Part shown: positions 38,510-53,200 of the stretch, piece after piece | How positions within the stretch are numbered: the first letter of the stretch is position 1 | Layout: each line of letters opens with the position of its first letter | NCBI RefSeq assembly: GCF_000150275.1 | Contig: NW_002060967.1 | Span: 1-64,000 of the forward strand | DNA from: Trichoplax adhaerens | Lineage: Eukaryota > Animalia > Placozoa | Direction: 5' to 3' | Length of the DNA stretch: 64,000 nucleotides | Notes under the pieces: generated by a model | Seen by the model: the letters and a program-made list of their open reading frames with translations, nothing else | Told to the model about the DNA's origin: nothing | Databases searched by the model: none | Made by a program: the position numbers and the translations under genes

Positions 38510-39739
38510 CCTCCGACCTCCAGTCCATGCTAGTACACAGGTCAATGAACTGTGAACTCGTTCATCAAGGGAAGGATGCCTATCATGCAAAACCCCAACC
38601 ACGCTAAAAATAACGAACGATTCATTCGTTTATTCACCAAAAGTAAGGAAAATTCATTCATTGGGGTATCAAGTCATAAAAAAAATGGGGTAATGCAAAC
38701 TACGCATAGTGTACAAGTCGTCGTAGTCGCCAAAGGTTAGGCACAAGACGCCTTGAATTCACAACATGGAATACGCACAGTACTGTACTGTGTACAATTG
38801 TTTATCCATCGACCGGTGTTGCTAATGCCAGCAGTTTATCCACATACTATTTGCGGAAGAGTACTGGAAATACAAGCCTTGAATTTCCGGTAATGTTGAT
38901 TGTTAGGCATTTTGAACAGCAATGCCCTCCCCGGTTTGCTTGAGTCATTACCTTTTCCAATTTTACAATGGCTGCACTTTGTGTACTATGGTCCAGGCTC
39001 CAGAGTTCACAGACGCGCGCATCCGTACGTCCTGCTATTTTCAAGAGTTCACGCCAACTTTTAGCTCTCTAGCAGTCTGCAGATTAGAGATTAGGTCTTG
39101 ATTTTATCAAGACCTAACGACATCTACCTAAGTAGACATAGAATGCAGGTTCAAAAGGATCAACAACATTTGAGTTACAACCTGTTCGATCCGGTCAATA
39201 CTGAGAACGGATACCCACTAACAACACTATAGAATTGATCCTTTTTCAACGAAGGTGAACGGGACAAAAAATTATCTAAAAAAGAAGTAATACTATCAAA
39301 ATTCCTAGCCGAGCTAGTTAATAGACCAATTCCTAGAGAGTTGGATGAAAATTTCCCAGTTCATGCTATGCAAACAATCGCACTGCAACGTGTACAAGAT
39401 CCTCTATTTTAAGAATAAACATCTCACACAGAGCCGGTAAACCATCAACTAACCTATTGAACAAAAATTGAACCTGACAGACATACCAGTTTTACACCAG
39501 CCGATACAGTACATGCAGTCATAATTCATCCAAGATATTGACAGCAGGGTTGAACTTGTACAAGATAGAAGAATAAATAGGAAGAGAAATGAATCAATTC
39601 TAAACTGGTACTATTCTCATATTTATCGTATTCAAGCTTTGCGAGCATCCTTCTAGACTAATGTAGCAATGTCAGCAGTAGCATCTAATCTTGACATAAC
39701 CGACAATTCCTACAACTTCGTATTATTATTTTTCTTAAC

Positions 39740-39963
39740 TCCAAGAAACTATAAACCTACATCATTCTTTCTTATAGTAACTGTTCGTGAACTTTGGAAC
39801 ACTTTATTGGCACACAAGTATCCACTTGTATCCAAACATACGCGCTGTGCATCCAAGAAACTGTAAACCTACATCATTCTTTCTTATAGTAACTGTTCGT
39901 GAACTTTGGAACACTTTGTTGGCACACAACTATCCACTTGTATCCAGACATACGCCCTGTGCA
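39740..39963. repeat. 112-bp tandem duplication (2 copies, few mismatches)
   Basis: tccaagaaact...ctgtgca at 39740-39851 and 39852-39963. Confidence 0.92.
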
Positions 39964-42900
39964 ACTACCAATCGTGCTGTATATTTGTTTTTACATAAAA
40001 ATGATAAAGTTCATCTTACAACTTACTGCAAACCGCATAATGTACTGTCGTATTCCATTTTTTTTTATTAATTAATAGTGTACTTATGATGCTATGAATC
40101 TCTACAAAGCTTGTATTCAAAGTGATTTCTCCGTAATATCGATATTTCGTCTTGGTAAACTACGACTTTCATATTTGAACCGTTCGTTCTCTCCCGAACG
40201 TACTTATAGCTAACCAGGTTGCAAAACTAAAGTATATATTCATATATACTCGTATACACTGTCATATCATAAAGTACGATAAAAGACGTTACTGCCAGCC
40301 AGTGACATAAATATTACCTTTACTGTTGGTGTCAAAAAAAAATAAGCTAAGCTTTCGACGATTAATTGACTGCTAAAAGCTGGTTATAAACTGCAACCTA
40401 TAACTTTGAATGCAGTATTTAATAGTTGTAGTTATCATTGGAAAGCAAATTAAATTAAAAATAATTCAATTATGGAGTTCTTTATGCATACTTTATAGGT
40501 TACTATTTTCTAACTAAGTATTGTACCTTGTAGTTTGCAATTACTCAGTCGATTATTATAAAAGCTAACCCTTGGGGTATAATTATAGCTACGATAATTA
40601 AGATAGAAACCGTAGTGCCATGAAAATATGTCATAAGCGTTGCATCATCGCCATGCTCAGTACCAATAATTAAGCTCAATCCCGATAGCAGATAAAATGC
40701 TCTTAAACTTCTCTCATGACGGAGATTGATTGATGCTTTAAATGACTACTGTCATAATTACTTGATATCATTGCAATTAATCAGCGGCAATCGAATACAT
40801 TCACTGTAACGAAAAGCGAATCATAGCTCTACATATGGTAATCAATATTACGTTCCATTATTGTATAGTTTAGCTGATCAAAGTAATGAATAAGTCTACA
40901 ACTATCTATAATGAATTCCAATTTAATATGCTAATATCAACATTAGTAGAAATGATGGCTAATTGCAAAATGGAGGAAAAGTGAATGATCATTACTTCAT
41001 CTGGATAATCACGCATTTCAAATTGTGCCAGTGTATCACTTCGCTTACGGCTCCTTGCGACAGTCTTCTTCTAGAATATTCGTAACGTCTTTTTGAATTT
41101 TGGCCTCAAGTTCATAAATCTATTCCAGCAGTACAGATATCATATATCTTACTAGTTGTACTGAAACTGACTACCGTTCGCTATTCCAATAGTGCTTGAA
41201 TTTTATCTTTGATAACAGCACAACTATTATTCACCAATTTATGTCCATAAGGCAATGTCATTATTCGTGAATAATAATCAGCAATGATACTATCACTCTA
41301 CTATACTAACCCATCCACGTAAGATTCTTTAGCTAATTATAAAAACTAATTTTTCCCGGTAAAGCCATAATTGATAACCTTTCACCATCATGTAAGTCCA
41401 ATCACTTAAATTGAATTATAAAATTTCAACATTGTATACAGTTTAGCCGTATCGGCTATAGTTAAAATTCAAGGAAAATAACAATGTATTAGGATTAATA
41501 AGTCGCTAACCTATAAGCTATCTTTCTTAGACTTTAAAACATACACAAAAACTACGGTATCATGGAGTCTTTTAGGAGGACTACGAAGCAAGATTGTGCG
41601 CGAATGTACTGTATTATACGATGCTTTTGAAAAGCAATTTTTAATACTACCACCGTAGATATGTAATTCAGTAGTGCGACGGCTTGTAGGACTAGTTGTG
41701 CTAACACAACATCCAAAGATCTAGGGATTTCAGAAAGGTTTACTCTAGGCGATAGCCCTTAAGTCAATCAATGCAACTAGTGATAGAAGTACGGCTAGAA
41801 ATCAGGTGTTAATTTATTTTATTCATACAATTTCCCTTCAGATGCTATTCTAGTCAGTTTCGCATGATTGAAGACTTTTAACTATTTATAAATCAATGAT
41901 CTAATTTTCAACATTGACTATAATACAACTTGTAATGCTATTGAAAGTTTCCCACGAAAACGCAATAGCTATTCTGTTTTAACAATAAGCTTTAACAAAT
42001 TTCATCATGAATACAATAATAAAGTAATTTATTTACCAATCAAAGGCTAATTTTTGCAGCTCTGAGCGTCTCCGGCAGACGTATTACTCACATCCAGAAG
42101 GTAAAATCTAATTTTTTATATCTAAAATATACTTATCAAAGTGATTCTATGGCTCTCAATCTTTCATATTGATCAAGTATAAATTGATTGCATTTCCAAT
42201 ATTCATATCATATATTTACAGTTGATATTGCTGATTGCACGGTAATCAATTTAAATTTAAGATATCATTTCGATACATTAAAACGTCTCAATAGTTTAGG
42301 TAAAAATTTTCCTATGGCAGTTGACCCAATGTAATGCGGCAGACTATATCTTATTCTGTATAAGTTTACTAAATCACAATAAAGTCAAGACTACAAAGTT
42401 AAGATAAAATCTTCTTTATTACAATATTTAAAGAGGTCCGCATAAGCTAGTCTATACATGTATAGAAGTAAGGGTCCATCAACCATAAATGAAAGGCAAA
42501 TCAAGATTTTTGCTGTATAAATAAATCAGTCAAAACAACTAGCTATTGCGATAGCTTTAAATAGAACGGCAAAGCTATTTTGAAACTAGCGATGCCATCG
42601 CAACTATGGGTAACATCGCGAAAAATATGCCTCTTTTATTCCAAAAGATGAAGTCATGAAATAATAATTATCCCTGATAAAGCAAATTGCTTTCGAATTC
42701 CGTAATTATAAGAGAATTTGAAACACCACTGAGCAAATGTTCGCTATAAATAACTGTAAGATTACTAGACTGCTGTTGCCATTAGTCAAAAATGCCAATA
42801 GCAATGACATTAACCCTGCAATATCAGTAACATTGTTTAAAAATCCAATTAGCGACGTTCATGCTGAGGTTTTATACGCTCTATAGTGAAGACGGAATAA

Positions 42901-43395
42901 ACATTCCTTGATTAAATATTGATCTAGCACAATATATCAGTATGAGATAAAGCTTATTATTCATCTTTTACTATCAGCATATTCTTCTATTTGACAGTAA
43001 TTGATAAAGGCAGGCCAAGTAAAATATGCTTTAATTTATTTCCATTCTCTAACATTTTATTAACTGCGTGTACTTTTGATGAACAGTCAAAAAGTTTCCT
43101 TTGTCGAATGCACAATGTCATTTATCAATTGTATAAGATGCCCAGCTTACAAGCTTATCAGGCAGATACATTTTCTCAAAAAAGCACGCGGGTATAATTT
43201 TCAGCATCCGATACATTGCCTGATGCAAATATAGCAACTGTTGAACATCCATTGCCAGAACTGATTTACTCAAAGTAGCTAAATTCGCCGTTAAAGAAAG
43301 TTCGGCATATCCAGCGACGTGCATCATCGTAGTTATAGCCAAATCCACTTTTCTAACCTTCAGAAAGTAATCAAAATCGTTCACTAGTACTGGCA

Positions 43396-46300
43396 ATGGC
43401 AACGAATCACGCCAATCAAGAATATATTTCTATAAGTGGGGAGACTAATAAGCTATTCGATAGGACGGATATCCATAGCAAAACTCTAGTTATCAGCATT
43501 ATAACTGATTTTATCTTGGGCATTACAAGTATTATTTTTGGAGCTATTGGATTTTCAATTTACTATGGGGCGTCCGATATCGCTATCCAAATTGGTACTA
43601 ATCTCTGGATCGGAGCATTGGTAAGTTGTAAGCTCCATCTTATCGAAAATGAGTATTGATCACATCGAAAATTACTGTCTAGTGAAACGCTCGATGCGCA
43701 GTTAATCATTTACCGCTCCATACTTATCCTTGCTACTAATGTGAAAAGTATTACTTTTCTTGATACGCATAATACAGAAAGAATCAGATATGAACAATAT
43801 GTTTGTTATCTACAATTCGTAATTTAATCCTTTTATCATCGTGGACATATCTAACTCAATTATAATTAACTAAATAGTAAAGTATACATTATTAACGCTA
43901 GAATTAAGAGTGGATGCGCCAAAAATTCTGGATATTAGAATTAAAAATTTCTTACCTTGATAAAGCCTGTATTATGTATAAAAACCTAAATCTTACGCTT
44001 ATCCTCAAGTGAGCTCATACTTAATTTATAAGTAACGAAACTCAATTTTATTACTGCTTCTATCTCTTCATTTTTTAGTATTTGATCCATGGAATTATCT
44101 TTGTCTTACTGTATGTGTATCTTAAGCCGGCATTGGTTAGTAAATTATCCAATATAACATCTTACTAATAACTGCACGTATTTTTTCTACTTTTGCAATA
44201 ATATGACAATATAATATGCTGAATTTAAGCTAATTCTCCAGTGGTCAATTTTATTTCACTATAGTACGGAATATCATTTAAGCAAATATAATTGATTGAC
44301 GAGGAAACAATACAACGTTATTAATTGTTGCCATTCTTGATTAAATTACGGTGCTTATTCATTCCATATTTTTTTATACATATGGATATTCTTCTCATTT
44401 TTATTGTATTTCTAATAAACCTGATCGCATATCATTAGTATAAAATCTTTGTAAAAAACAACATCCTTATAATAGCTATTCCGTACAGATATCATAGAAA
44501 TACTAATAAGCGATATAGTATATCTCGCTCTAACAATAATTGCGATACTGTACTTGAAGCAACTCAGACTTTATTAAGATTTTCCATTTCTTACTTCATA
44601 TTTACTTATCACGATAGCTTTCTTATTTTAGGAAATTATTTATATTATGTCTATGATCATCACGATTTCGGCAACAGTTATTCAGGCCATCATCAATCTA
44701 GTAAGCGAATCAATCATTCAGAGGTTTTATCGTAATACCATATTTTGGTATGGTAAATTTGTGACTGCATTAGCAGTATTTTACTTGCTTGTCACACTAA
44801 TCCAACTGGTTTTCATTTTGAGAGTGTTATACCGTGAAATGGCCCAACATGTAAGTACACGAAAAACTAGCAATTCATTATTCCATAGATGTCTTTGTTA
44901 CTCTATGAATTACGAGATAGAATAGAACTAAAATTAAAATCGATCATTTTCATACAAAGAATTCTTGCATACAGTACTGTGCCTGGGTTGTATTTAATAT
45001 AGCTGTAATGCATAGTAGTAGTAAATATATATCATAAACTGTACTCAAAGACAGAACATATTAGAAATTAACAATGCGCCACAAATTATTCATTACTCAC
45101 TTAGAACTGAATAATTATGATAATTCAATGAGATACGCTAGTTATGACATCCAATTACAATATCTCTTCAGTGATTTACAATTTTATATCAAATAACAAA
45201 AAAATTAATTTAGTAATAATTCCGCTCAAAGCTTAATTTTTAATAGTGGAAAATAGATGAAATATATAAAAATTAAAGTATCCTTTCAAATCAAATCCTT
45301 AGCAATATTACCCTAATTCAATTACAAGTAGGTTATAATATTGATATTTTAAACTTCCTTTTTATCGTATAGACTATTTATCATACATTCAAAAACGACG
45401 AAGCAATACCAAACCATCAGTTGCAAAGGCAACCAATCAATACTGATTATCGGTTATCACCGCCGAAACGGCTACACTATATATCAATCGCTATTGGTGT
45501 AACTATTCTCAGTATTGGCATTGCCCTGATAGTGATCCAAAGTTACATTGAAAAATCTCCACAATTCCGTCCAATTTGCATTGTAAAAGTAAAAGTCAAC
45601 TCTTGGTTAGGGTGTATCGTAAGTTAAGAGCTTTTATTAGCTGGAGATTAATAACTAGCCCTCGCAATAATTTTGTCAATTTTAACCGAAATTTTACATA
45701 CCGATAACATTGGCGGAATCGGCATCAAGCTCTAGCAATCATTCTCCTTTAGAAATGATTATATCATTAGTCTATCGATTTATGCAGCATTATGTCTTTT
45801 TGGGGGCTTTGTATAAATTTTGATTTAATGTACTCATGCTGGCGGTATAGGCGTCAATTTCGGATCACTAATCCTTTATTATTCTTTGTTTAAATGTTTT
45901 TTTGTAGATATTCTTATTTTGCTAAGCCCATTAAATACTTTAAAACTTCAAATTTGAACTCTGTACAATTTTGAATGCGTTATTCTTCATTTACTTTAGT
46001 TCGCAATTAGTGCAATTTCATTGCTTGCAAGCCTACGTCGAGGAAGCCATAATCTCTTGGTATGGAGTAAATCATTCGGCATGTAAAATATGGTTGATTA
46101 ATATCTTTTACTTATATCTAGAATGCCCATGTCATTATGTGTTAGCGTTAATGAGATATAATGTTACTTCTCTGTAAATCATTAACAGAATCTTTACTTT
46201 CGATTCTTGAGTAGAATTAGATTAAATAGAATAGATTTGATCAATTTTAAGATTTTAAAATATACTATTTCTGAAATATAAAAGTACGTAAAAAAGAACT

Positions 46301-47818
46301 GCCTTCCCAGCTCATTAGTAATATCACAGATATATAATTACTAGTAAAAAACTTGTTCGAATGGATGATAACTCAATCTACACAAAGCTATTGCAATACA
46401 TTAAGAGAAAATTGATAGCTAGATTATCTTTACATGTACGCTTCCTAGATAAGTACAATACTAAAGCAATTTATGGCGATATATTGCTATGCATAGGTGT
46501 CAATAGAATAGCCAATTCAATTAACTTTTTTCTTAGGATAAAGATTGAAATAACATATACACATTTAATAAGCATCTATCATTTAAGTTAGCATTTAAGT
46601 TAATGATAGTTAAGGCAGTATTAGAGTCTATAAACAAAAGCATTGATCTTTCAAGAAGAGCCATCTTGTAGTATTTCTTAATGAGTAAAAGAAACATTAT
46701 CATTATAATTATCAATAGGCATTGCATCCTAGTATCTATATTACATTAAAGTAACTCAGCCATGAGCAGTTATTAATACATGTTTACATTGCAAAATAGA
46801 ACAGCCACTTTATCGTGTTAGATACTAATAAGAAAGGACTATTATCAAAAGTACTTGAAAGACATATTGATATTGAGGCTATAATATAGGATTAAATCGT
46901 ATCAAAGCAGCATAAGAGGCAGTTATAGATTTACACCCTAATTTCATTTGTAGAATTTCGGTAACTATTCCATACCTTATGCTAGTATACGTACGCAGAC
47001 AATCAGTTAATAAGGCTACAATAACGTAGTGTTTTATTGTAATTAACTTACTAGTTGTATAAGAAGAAATAGTTTCAATTAGATTTAATTTTCAAAGTAA
47101 CGAGCTATTTCCTTTATCGAATTTCAGACTGTCTTGTCGTTTGGCTTTCTAAATATAATTTCCGCCTTATCAATAGTGCTTTTTAGCGCTATTTTAGCCT
47201 CAACAAAGCTCGATCCTGCTCTACGCTCGCTGGATCAATCTTGGTATGTCTATACCACCTATATTCTATCCGGTAGCTGCTTTGTTTTATCCATAGCTAT
47301 GGTTCTAATTTACGTGCATAAGTTTAAGAATCTGACGCTGGTTGTAAGTATAGAAGAATGTAATATAAGATATAAATTTGTCATACTCTGAATATACTTT
47401 AAGATGCTACAGTATAATAGTTCAAATGAATGATAACGAGCATAAAATTTCGTTTCGTTGAATCCAACCGTTCAAACCATATTGATCTTAAATTTAAAGT
47501 AATATTTAGTCATCGTTGCATAATACACGCAATCAATAAAAGCATCAAAATTTCTAAACGATTGCTAAGAAAGATATACCGTACATTACCCTTAAGATAC
47601 AATCTATCTATAGGCTACCCTGTTTAAATTATATTAAAATTACACAATATAGAAGTTTAGGGATTCGCAAGTAGTAAAAGTGTTAGCAATTCTTGATGAT
47701 CGTAATTATCCTCTGATCCTTAATACATCATATAGCATCATTAACACTAACCCTGGAAATATTTTAGATAAACGAAGGACCGCCACAAATTGCACCTTAT
47801 AATACTTTCTCCAATTAG
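43396..47818 (+). CDS. MS4A/CD20-like protein A, two tandem tetraspan domains (predicted 8 TM, ~357 aa, 7 exons)
   Basis: Exons 43396-43620, 44079-44135, 44632-44850, 45373-45618, 46000-46059, 47128-47343, 47768-47818; all phase 0 with GT-AG ends and no stops. NLWIGAL|YLIHG and NSWLGCI|FAISA resemble CD20 PLWGGIMYIISG. C-terminal EGPPQIAPYNTFSN. Confidence 0.8.
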
Positions 47819-48723
47819 GCCCATCCAGGTGGAAGTAATGGGTTACATATAAATATGTTTCATACCAATTTTTAAAAGTATTTGTAAAGTCATCTTAGTG
47901 ACTAATTCTTAAAGCACAGGAACTTACAATTTTATTCGTTATAATGGCCTAGGTGTGTAATTACCAAAAGTAGAATAAAATGATAACCGCCATAATATTT
48001 GACAGAATTAAAGTAGATCGGATCACTCAAGACACCACTAATGTTGTTAGCATAGTCTAATATTATAAAATAGTGCGCTTCTTTTTTAAAAATTGTTCAT
48101 GTATAATATTGCTGCAGTTTCTCTATAAGCTTATATAACAATTTACTGTATTCCTTGTGCTTATAAACTTAGAAATGGTCTATCTTTAATGTCTATTTAT
48201 AACTGATAGTAATGCTAATCTAATTTATCTATCGCAATCTTTGGCTGCTAGGTTTAATATTACTTTAAAATATGTCTATATATAAGTAAATAGTATAAAT
48301 CCAATGATTCCGTTCATGTAAGCATTAAAGATAAATTGTCTACCAATAAACCCTTACATAGCGTATTCTGCTTAATAAAGAATCAGTACTTTATAGGACG
48401 AATTTCGCTAATGGACTTGGTATATCTCTTTATTATGATAGAAAAATTAGAAAGAGCTCTTCTACTCAATTAATTTCTATCACAAAAGAATATAGATGAG
48501 ATTAATAGAGAGAAATTACTGTTCTATCATAGCAGTTACATTTTCATTGCCTACAGCATGTAAGTTTTATTTTCGTGCTTTTTTTACTTATGTGTTATAC
48601 TAAAGCAAAACATGCATGCTAAATACGATAATAAGCCTGGTTACCTTCATCTATGCTAGTATCTCAACTAGCACTGCACATTAAAGCTGTAAGCGCCATC
48701 ACAGCTTATTCATACTGGCATCA

Positions 48724-48985
48724 ATTTATTGAATTTATCAGGGTAAAACTAATTTACCCTAAACAAAACCGACTTTAATCAAATTAAAGAATTGAATACA
48801 CTGGAAATAGGATAAAATTTAATCTTTTTTTAGAATAAATAAATAGTTACGAATATTTATTGAATTTATCAGGGTAAAACTAATTTACCCTAAACAAAAC
48901 CGACTTTAATCAAATTAAAGAATTGAATACACTGGAAATAGGATAAAATTTAATCTTTTTTTAGAATAAATAAATAGTTACGAAT
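48724..48985. repeat. Exact 131-bp tandem duplication
   Basis: 48724-48854 equals 48855-48985. Each copy contains the hairpin AGGGTAAA-actaa-TTTACCCT. Confidence 0.93.
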
Positions 48986-50223
48986 AGTGTACATGATCAA
49001 ATGAATAATGCAGCGATTTTATCAGTATATTTTTATAGTTAAATATCTACTAACTCTAATGGAGGTCCAAATTGAATGCTCGATTGGTCAATTTACTGGA
49101 AAGAGTAAACATAAACAGCTACGAATACAAAATAAAAATAATAATCCATTGCATTGCGCAATCACTTTAAAATCCGTCTAGGACTATAAACAAGCTGAGT
49201 ACCATAATTACCATTATAGGTAAGGAAGTGACTTTTATATTTAAAGGTACATAGTAATCATTTTAAAAAAGTTTCAAAGATAAATCTAATAATCATAATA
49301 CAACCTAGTGAACCTATTCTGTATCACGCTTAGGCTTAACATTATTTGACTATGAGATAATCGTTCTATCCATTTAAAAGATTATTTGAGAGTTATGCAA
49401 GCATCACAGATGCGATCACCAACACTGACAACTTATTTCAGTAAAGCTCTCTCAACCTTAAAGAATTTTTTCACCCTATACATAGCCTCTATAATGTAGA
49501 CAGATGAATTATCATAGATCCATAGGCTCAACAGATTGCCTTTTCTATAATAATCTTAAAGTCATAGATGAATGTGTGATTTTACTTTTTAAATACATCT
49601 ACCGAAAACAACTCAATTAGTAGCACATAATGTGATTAGAATAATAATAAAACTGTGTAGTCAATACTCAGTAGATAATAATAGCGGTAATTGACGATTT
49701 CCAGTAAATTTAGAATGGAAAAGTAATTGAAACAGGGTTGTAGGATGGTATACTGAGCGTAATTAAAAGCTTTTTTCTTTCTAGAGCTTCATGTCTAAAA
49801 TATGATGCCAGGCTTGTTCTAATCTATACGAAGATCTGAGCATCTACCGCAACGATTAGCAAACTGATTAGATTAGTACATCGTAAGGTTACGGCCAATG
49901 TCCGAATTCAAGCTGAGCAGAAGGTAGTTTTGTAATAGTAAAATATCGCATATATTTGCATAATCCAAACCTACAGCTTGAGCTTATCTAATTCTAGTAA
50001 AAATATATATATAGCCCTTATTAAATTGTGATTACGTAATCCGAATAAACTCGTACTATTAAAGCCTATAAATAAAGATACGCCAAACAGTAGTAGCTTA
50101 ACTTTTTCGTATCCAACATAGGATATTCAATAAAACTCAAATCTCTCTTGTAATAAGTACAAGACTATTTTCCAACAGAAAATTTCTGGTAGCGTATGAA
50201 AAATACTCTCAGTATTGTAATCT

Positions 50224-53200
50224 ATGGCGACTCAGCACCTATTTTCTAGCGAAATGACTTCAGTATTACAAGAGAGAAATGCTACTTTACTCAGCCGAGA
50301 AGAAATAAGACGTACATCTCGTGTCGTTAATATTATCAGCATCTTTATCCTTGGAATAGCAAGTATCGTCTTGGGTATTATTGGAAATGTGACAGCGAAT
50401 AAGGATTCTGATATTTGTATCTTGTACACTACTAAAATTCAATTAAACATCTGGATCGGAGTGCTGGTAAATTGTTTTATTTGAAAAATTCTTTCTTGTT
50501 AGTCTTATCATTTTGTCATATGAAATCGTTCTCTAGTACAAGGCAACCCTAACCTCATCTATATAGCTGCTACTATTAGTCCTGAAGTTATTGCTTATTC
50601 TTGATGTTTAATTTGAACACGAGAATGATTCGCTTAGGAAACCTTGCATTTAGTAACAATTAATACTGCGCAAGCGAAAAATTATTTCCTTGCCTTTCAT
50701 CATCTAATAATAACATTCAATTATTAGTAACTAGCGGCCTTATTGACTATAGTATCTATTAAAGTAGTTCATTACGGCTTTTAATTGATCATGGTAGTAA
50801 TAAAGCAGTTTTTACAATTCTATGAGATAATCTGATAATAAAACTACTATGAAAACTTACAAATTTACCCATTCCGTTCACAGTATATAATCCATGGAGC
50901 TATTAACACAGCGCTATACCGATATCTTAAAAGTACTTTGGTATGTATAGGTTATTCTCTATTTTTCCTTCAACTAAGACGAACTATTTATCAACTTATG
51001 ATTACTTAAATATTAAATTGTGCGATAAACGTGTAAATATTATGAAGTGTACAAATTCTCTGACATTCAATTTACTTAAGTGCTTTACTATACAGTAAAT
51101 CATTACTTATTTCACTATCTGGCAGTATACGATTGTACGGTTAGATAGACAATATTATTTACATTATTAAATCTTAAAGCAGTTACTCAACTCTATATGG
51201 CCTCCTATATGAGATAATGATAGACGTTTAATCTAATATAATAATAGAATTCTTTTCAAAAAAAATGCTCTACATAGAAATCATAGCTTCGTACAGTACT
51301 TCATCAATTTAAGTACTAAATCTAACAGTTAATGCTCGCGTTTATAATTTATAGATTTAATCCTTTCCCAAAAGGCCGTATGATAGAATACAAGCTAGTC
51401 TTGAGAGTAAATGCAGTATTGATACATTATTATTTCATAAACCATGTACTGTAGTTATTCAAACTGTACGTCGATGCAAAAAGCAAATTAGATGGAAACC
51501 TGTACCAATGGCCAATGGCAACAGCTTTGTTAATTAAGCTACAAAGCTAAACATCCTATGCTTTAATAGTTTATAAGATCATAGAGTCATTAAAATATGA
51601 ATCTATAGATCGATAAACAGTCTCCAGTATATTAAGTGATTCTATACCCGAGTATATTCTTTTCTAAACTTCATAATGTGCGAGTTTAGTAAACCACCAG
51701 CGAATCATCCTATCTAATGCGACTGTAGATATTTTTAATAGATTCTAAAGGAAACTGATGCGTAATGTGTTAGTCCATGAAATCAACACTATATCTGTGA
51801 TGGAGGGTTCGAAGAATCAGCCGCCGCGGACTTAGTAGCCATTCACAGAAAATATGAAAGGGATTTTAATAAAGTGAATACTTTATTGTAGATAGTAATG
51901 GAGGTGCAATGCGTTAGTTACGTTAGATCAGCGTGTAAGTCGTCGTGAAGTAACGTGAGGAAATACTACTACTACAAATAATGCAACTGATAAATCTGAG
52001 GCAAAAACCATCAGTATTGATAGTTTTAGAGAGAGAATACATATAGAGAACAGTATTGTAGAATTAGATACATCATATACCATAAGCAGGCTATATAATA
52101 GTAAATGATTGTAGAAAATAGCGAAGATTGTAGGTGCTATAAATAACTAAATATGACAAGCTACATCTGAGCATAATTGAAATAGACTGTAGAGGTATCT
52201 GTATTCGGAGCATAACAAAATGTCTATATTTACGAACTTGTCTAATAACTACAGTGAAACTAAACACATTACAATATAAATAAATACTCCTATATAATCT
52301 AATTGTTGAACTCTTTTGTGTAACGTAATGAATTCTAGTATCGTTTACTTCTATGAATGAAATATAATACTGATTTACTGATACATTAAAAGCAATTCAC
52401 TATAGCCTTCATGCTTATTACTAATCACTCAGATGACAAGTATAAATATATTCAAAATGCAGTACCTTTCCGAAACATCCTACTTACTAACTAGCTAATA
52501 ACTAAGTGATACCAAAGAACAAGCACCTTAGTATTATCGTTCAAATTAACATAACCAAAATAACTTTCCTTAAGATCTATGATATTATGCTTATGCCATA
52601 TTATTGAACTACGAATGAAAAAAATTCTCCGTAAAGAATTCTACTTCTTCTCTTTACTACGTCGATACTGCTTTAGTAAATCATCAATGAAGTAATTGTA
52701 TTAAGTTATGTACTAACGCTAAGATAGGGTACGAGAATATAAACATCCATCTACATACATAAACATAACATAAAAGGATAACATCTCACAGCAACAAATA
52801 TTGCCTGTGGATGATTGTAACTAAATTTAAGGATCTAGAAAGACTTTTATAATTCATTTTAAGTTAACGATTAATTTGTTTTTTTAGGAAATTCTGTACA
52901 TCCTGTCTGTAATCATACTGTTCTCAGCTTCATTATTTCAAAGTATAATCAGTCTGTTTGCCCTGAGCCTCTTCAGAAAAGAAATTTGCCAATTTAAGTA
53001 TTCTTTTTGGTATTACATTATCGAAACTTATGTATCGGGACTTTGCTTACTTATAGCATTAAGGCAGTTGGGCTTTATTCTGTATCAAATTTATCCCAAA
53101 TTGGGCAATGATGTAAGTATAAAATAATCTAATAATCCATTTGTAGATTCCTTCTCTTAATTAAATTATAATCTATTACAGAATATAATGGAGTATAATT

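Larger units (their letters stand above)
32700..39700. mobile_element. Degenerate GC-richer island of intronless ORF remnants; possible decayed DNA transposon or endogenous viral element (unidentified)
   Basis: Visibly more GC/CpG-rich than the flanks. Protein-like frames are broken by stops and frameshifts (minus strand ~33.1-36.3 kb, plus strand ~38.5-39.7 kb). Internal tandem repeats. No hallmark domain or TIR recognised; boundaries approximate. Confidence 0.4.

Noticed and set aside
37598-39700. Alternative genetic code (TAA/TAG = Gln) in the island
   Set aside because: Neighbouring frames are also broken by TGA codons and frameshifts, so ordinary decay explains the stops better.
40600-43402. 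Minus-strand protein-like fragments (~40.6-41.4 kb and ORF 43118-43402)
   Set aside because: Stops in all frames and no recognisable motif; cannot be supported without a search.
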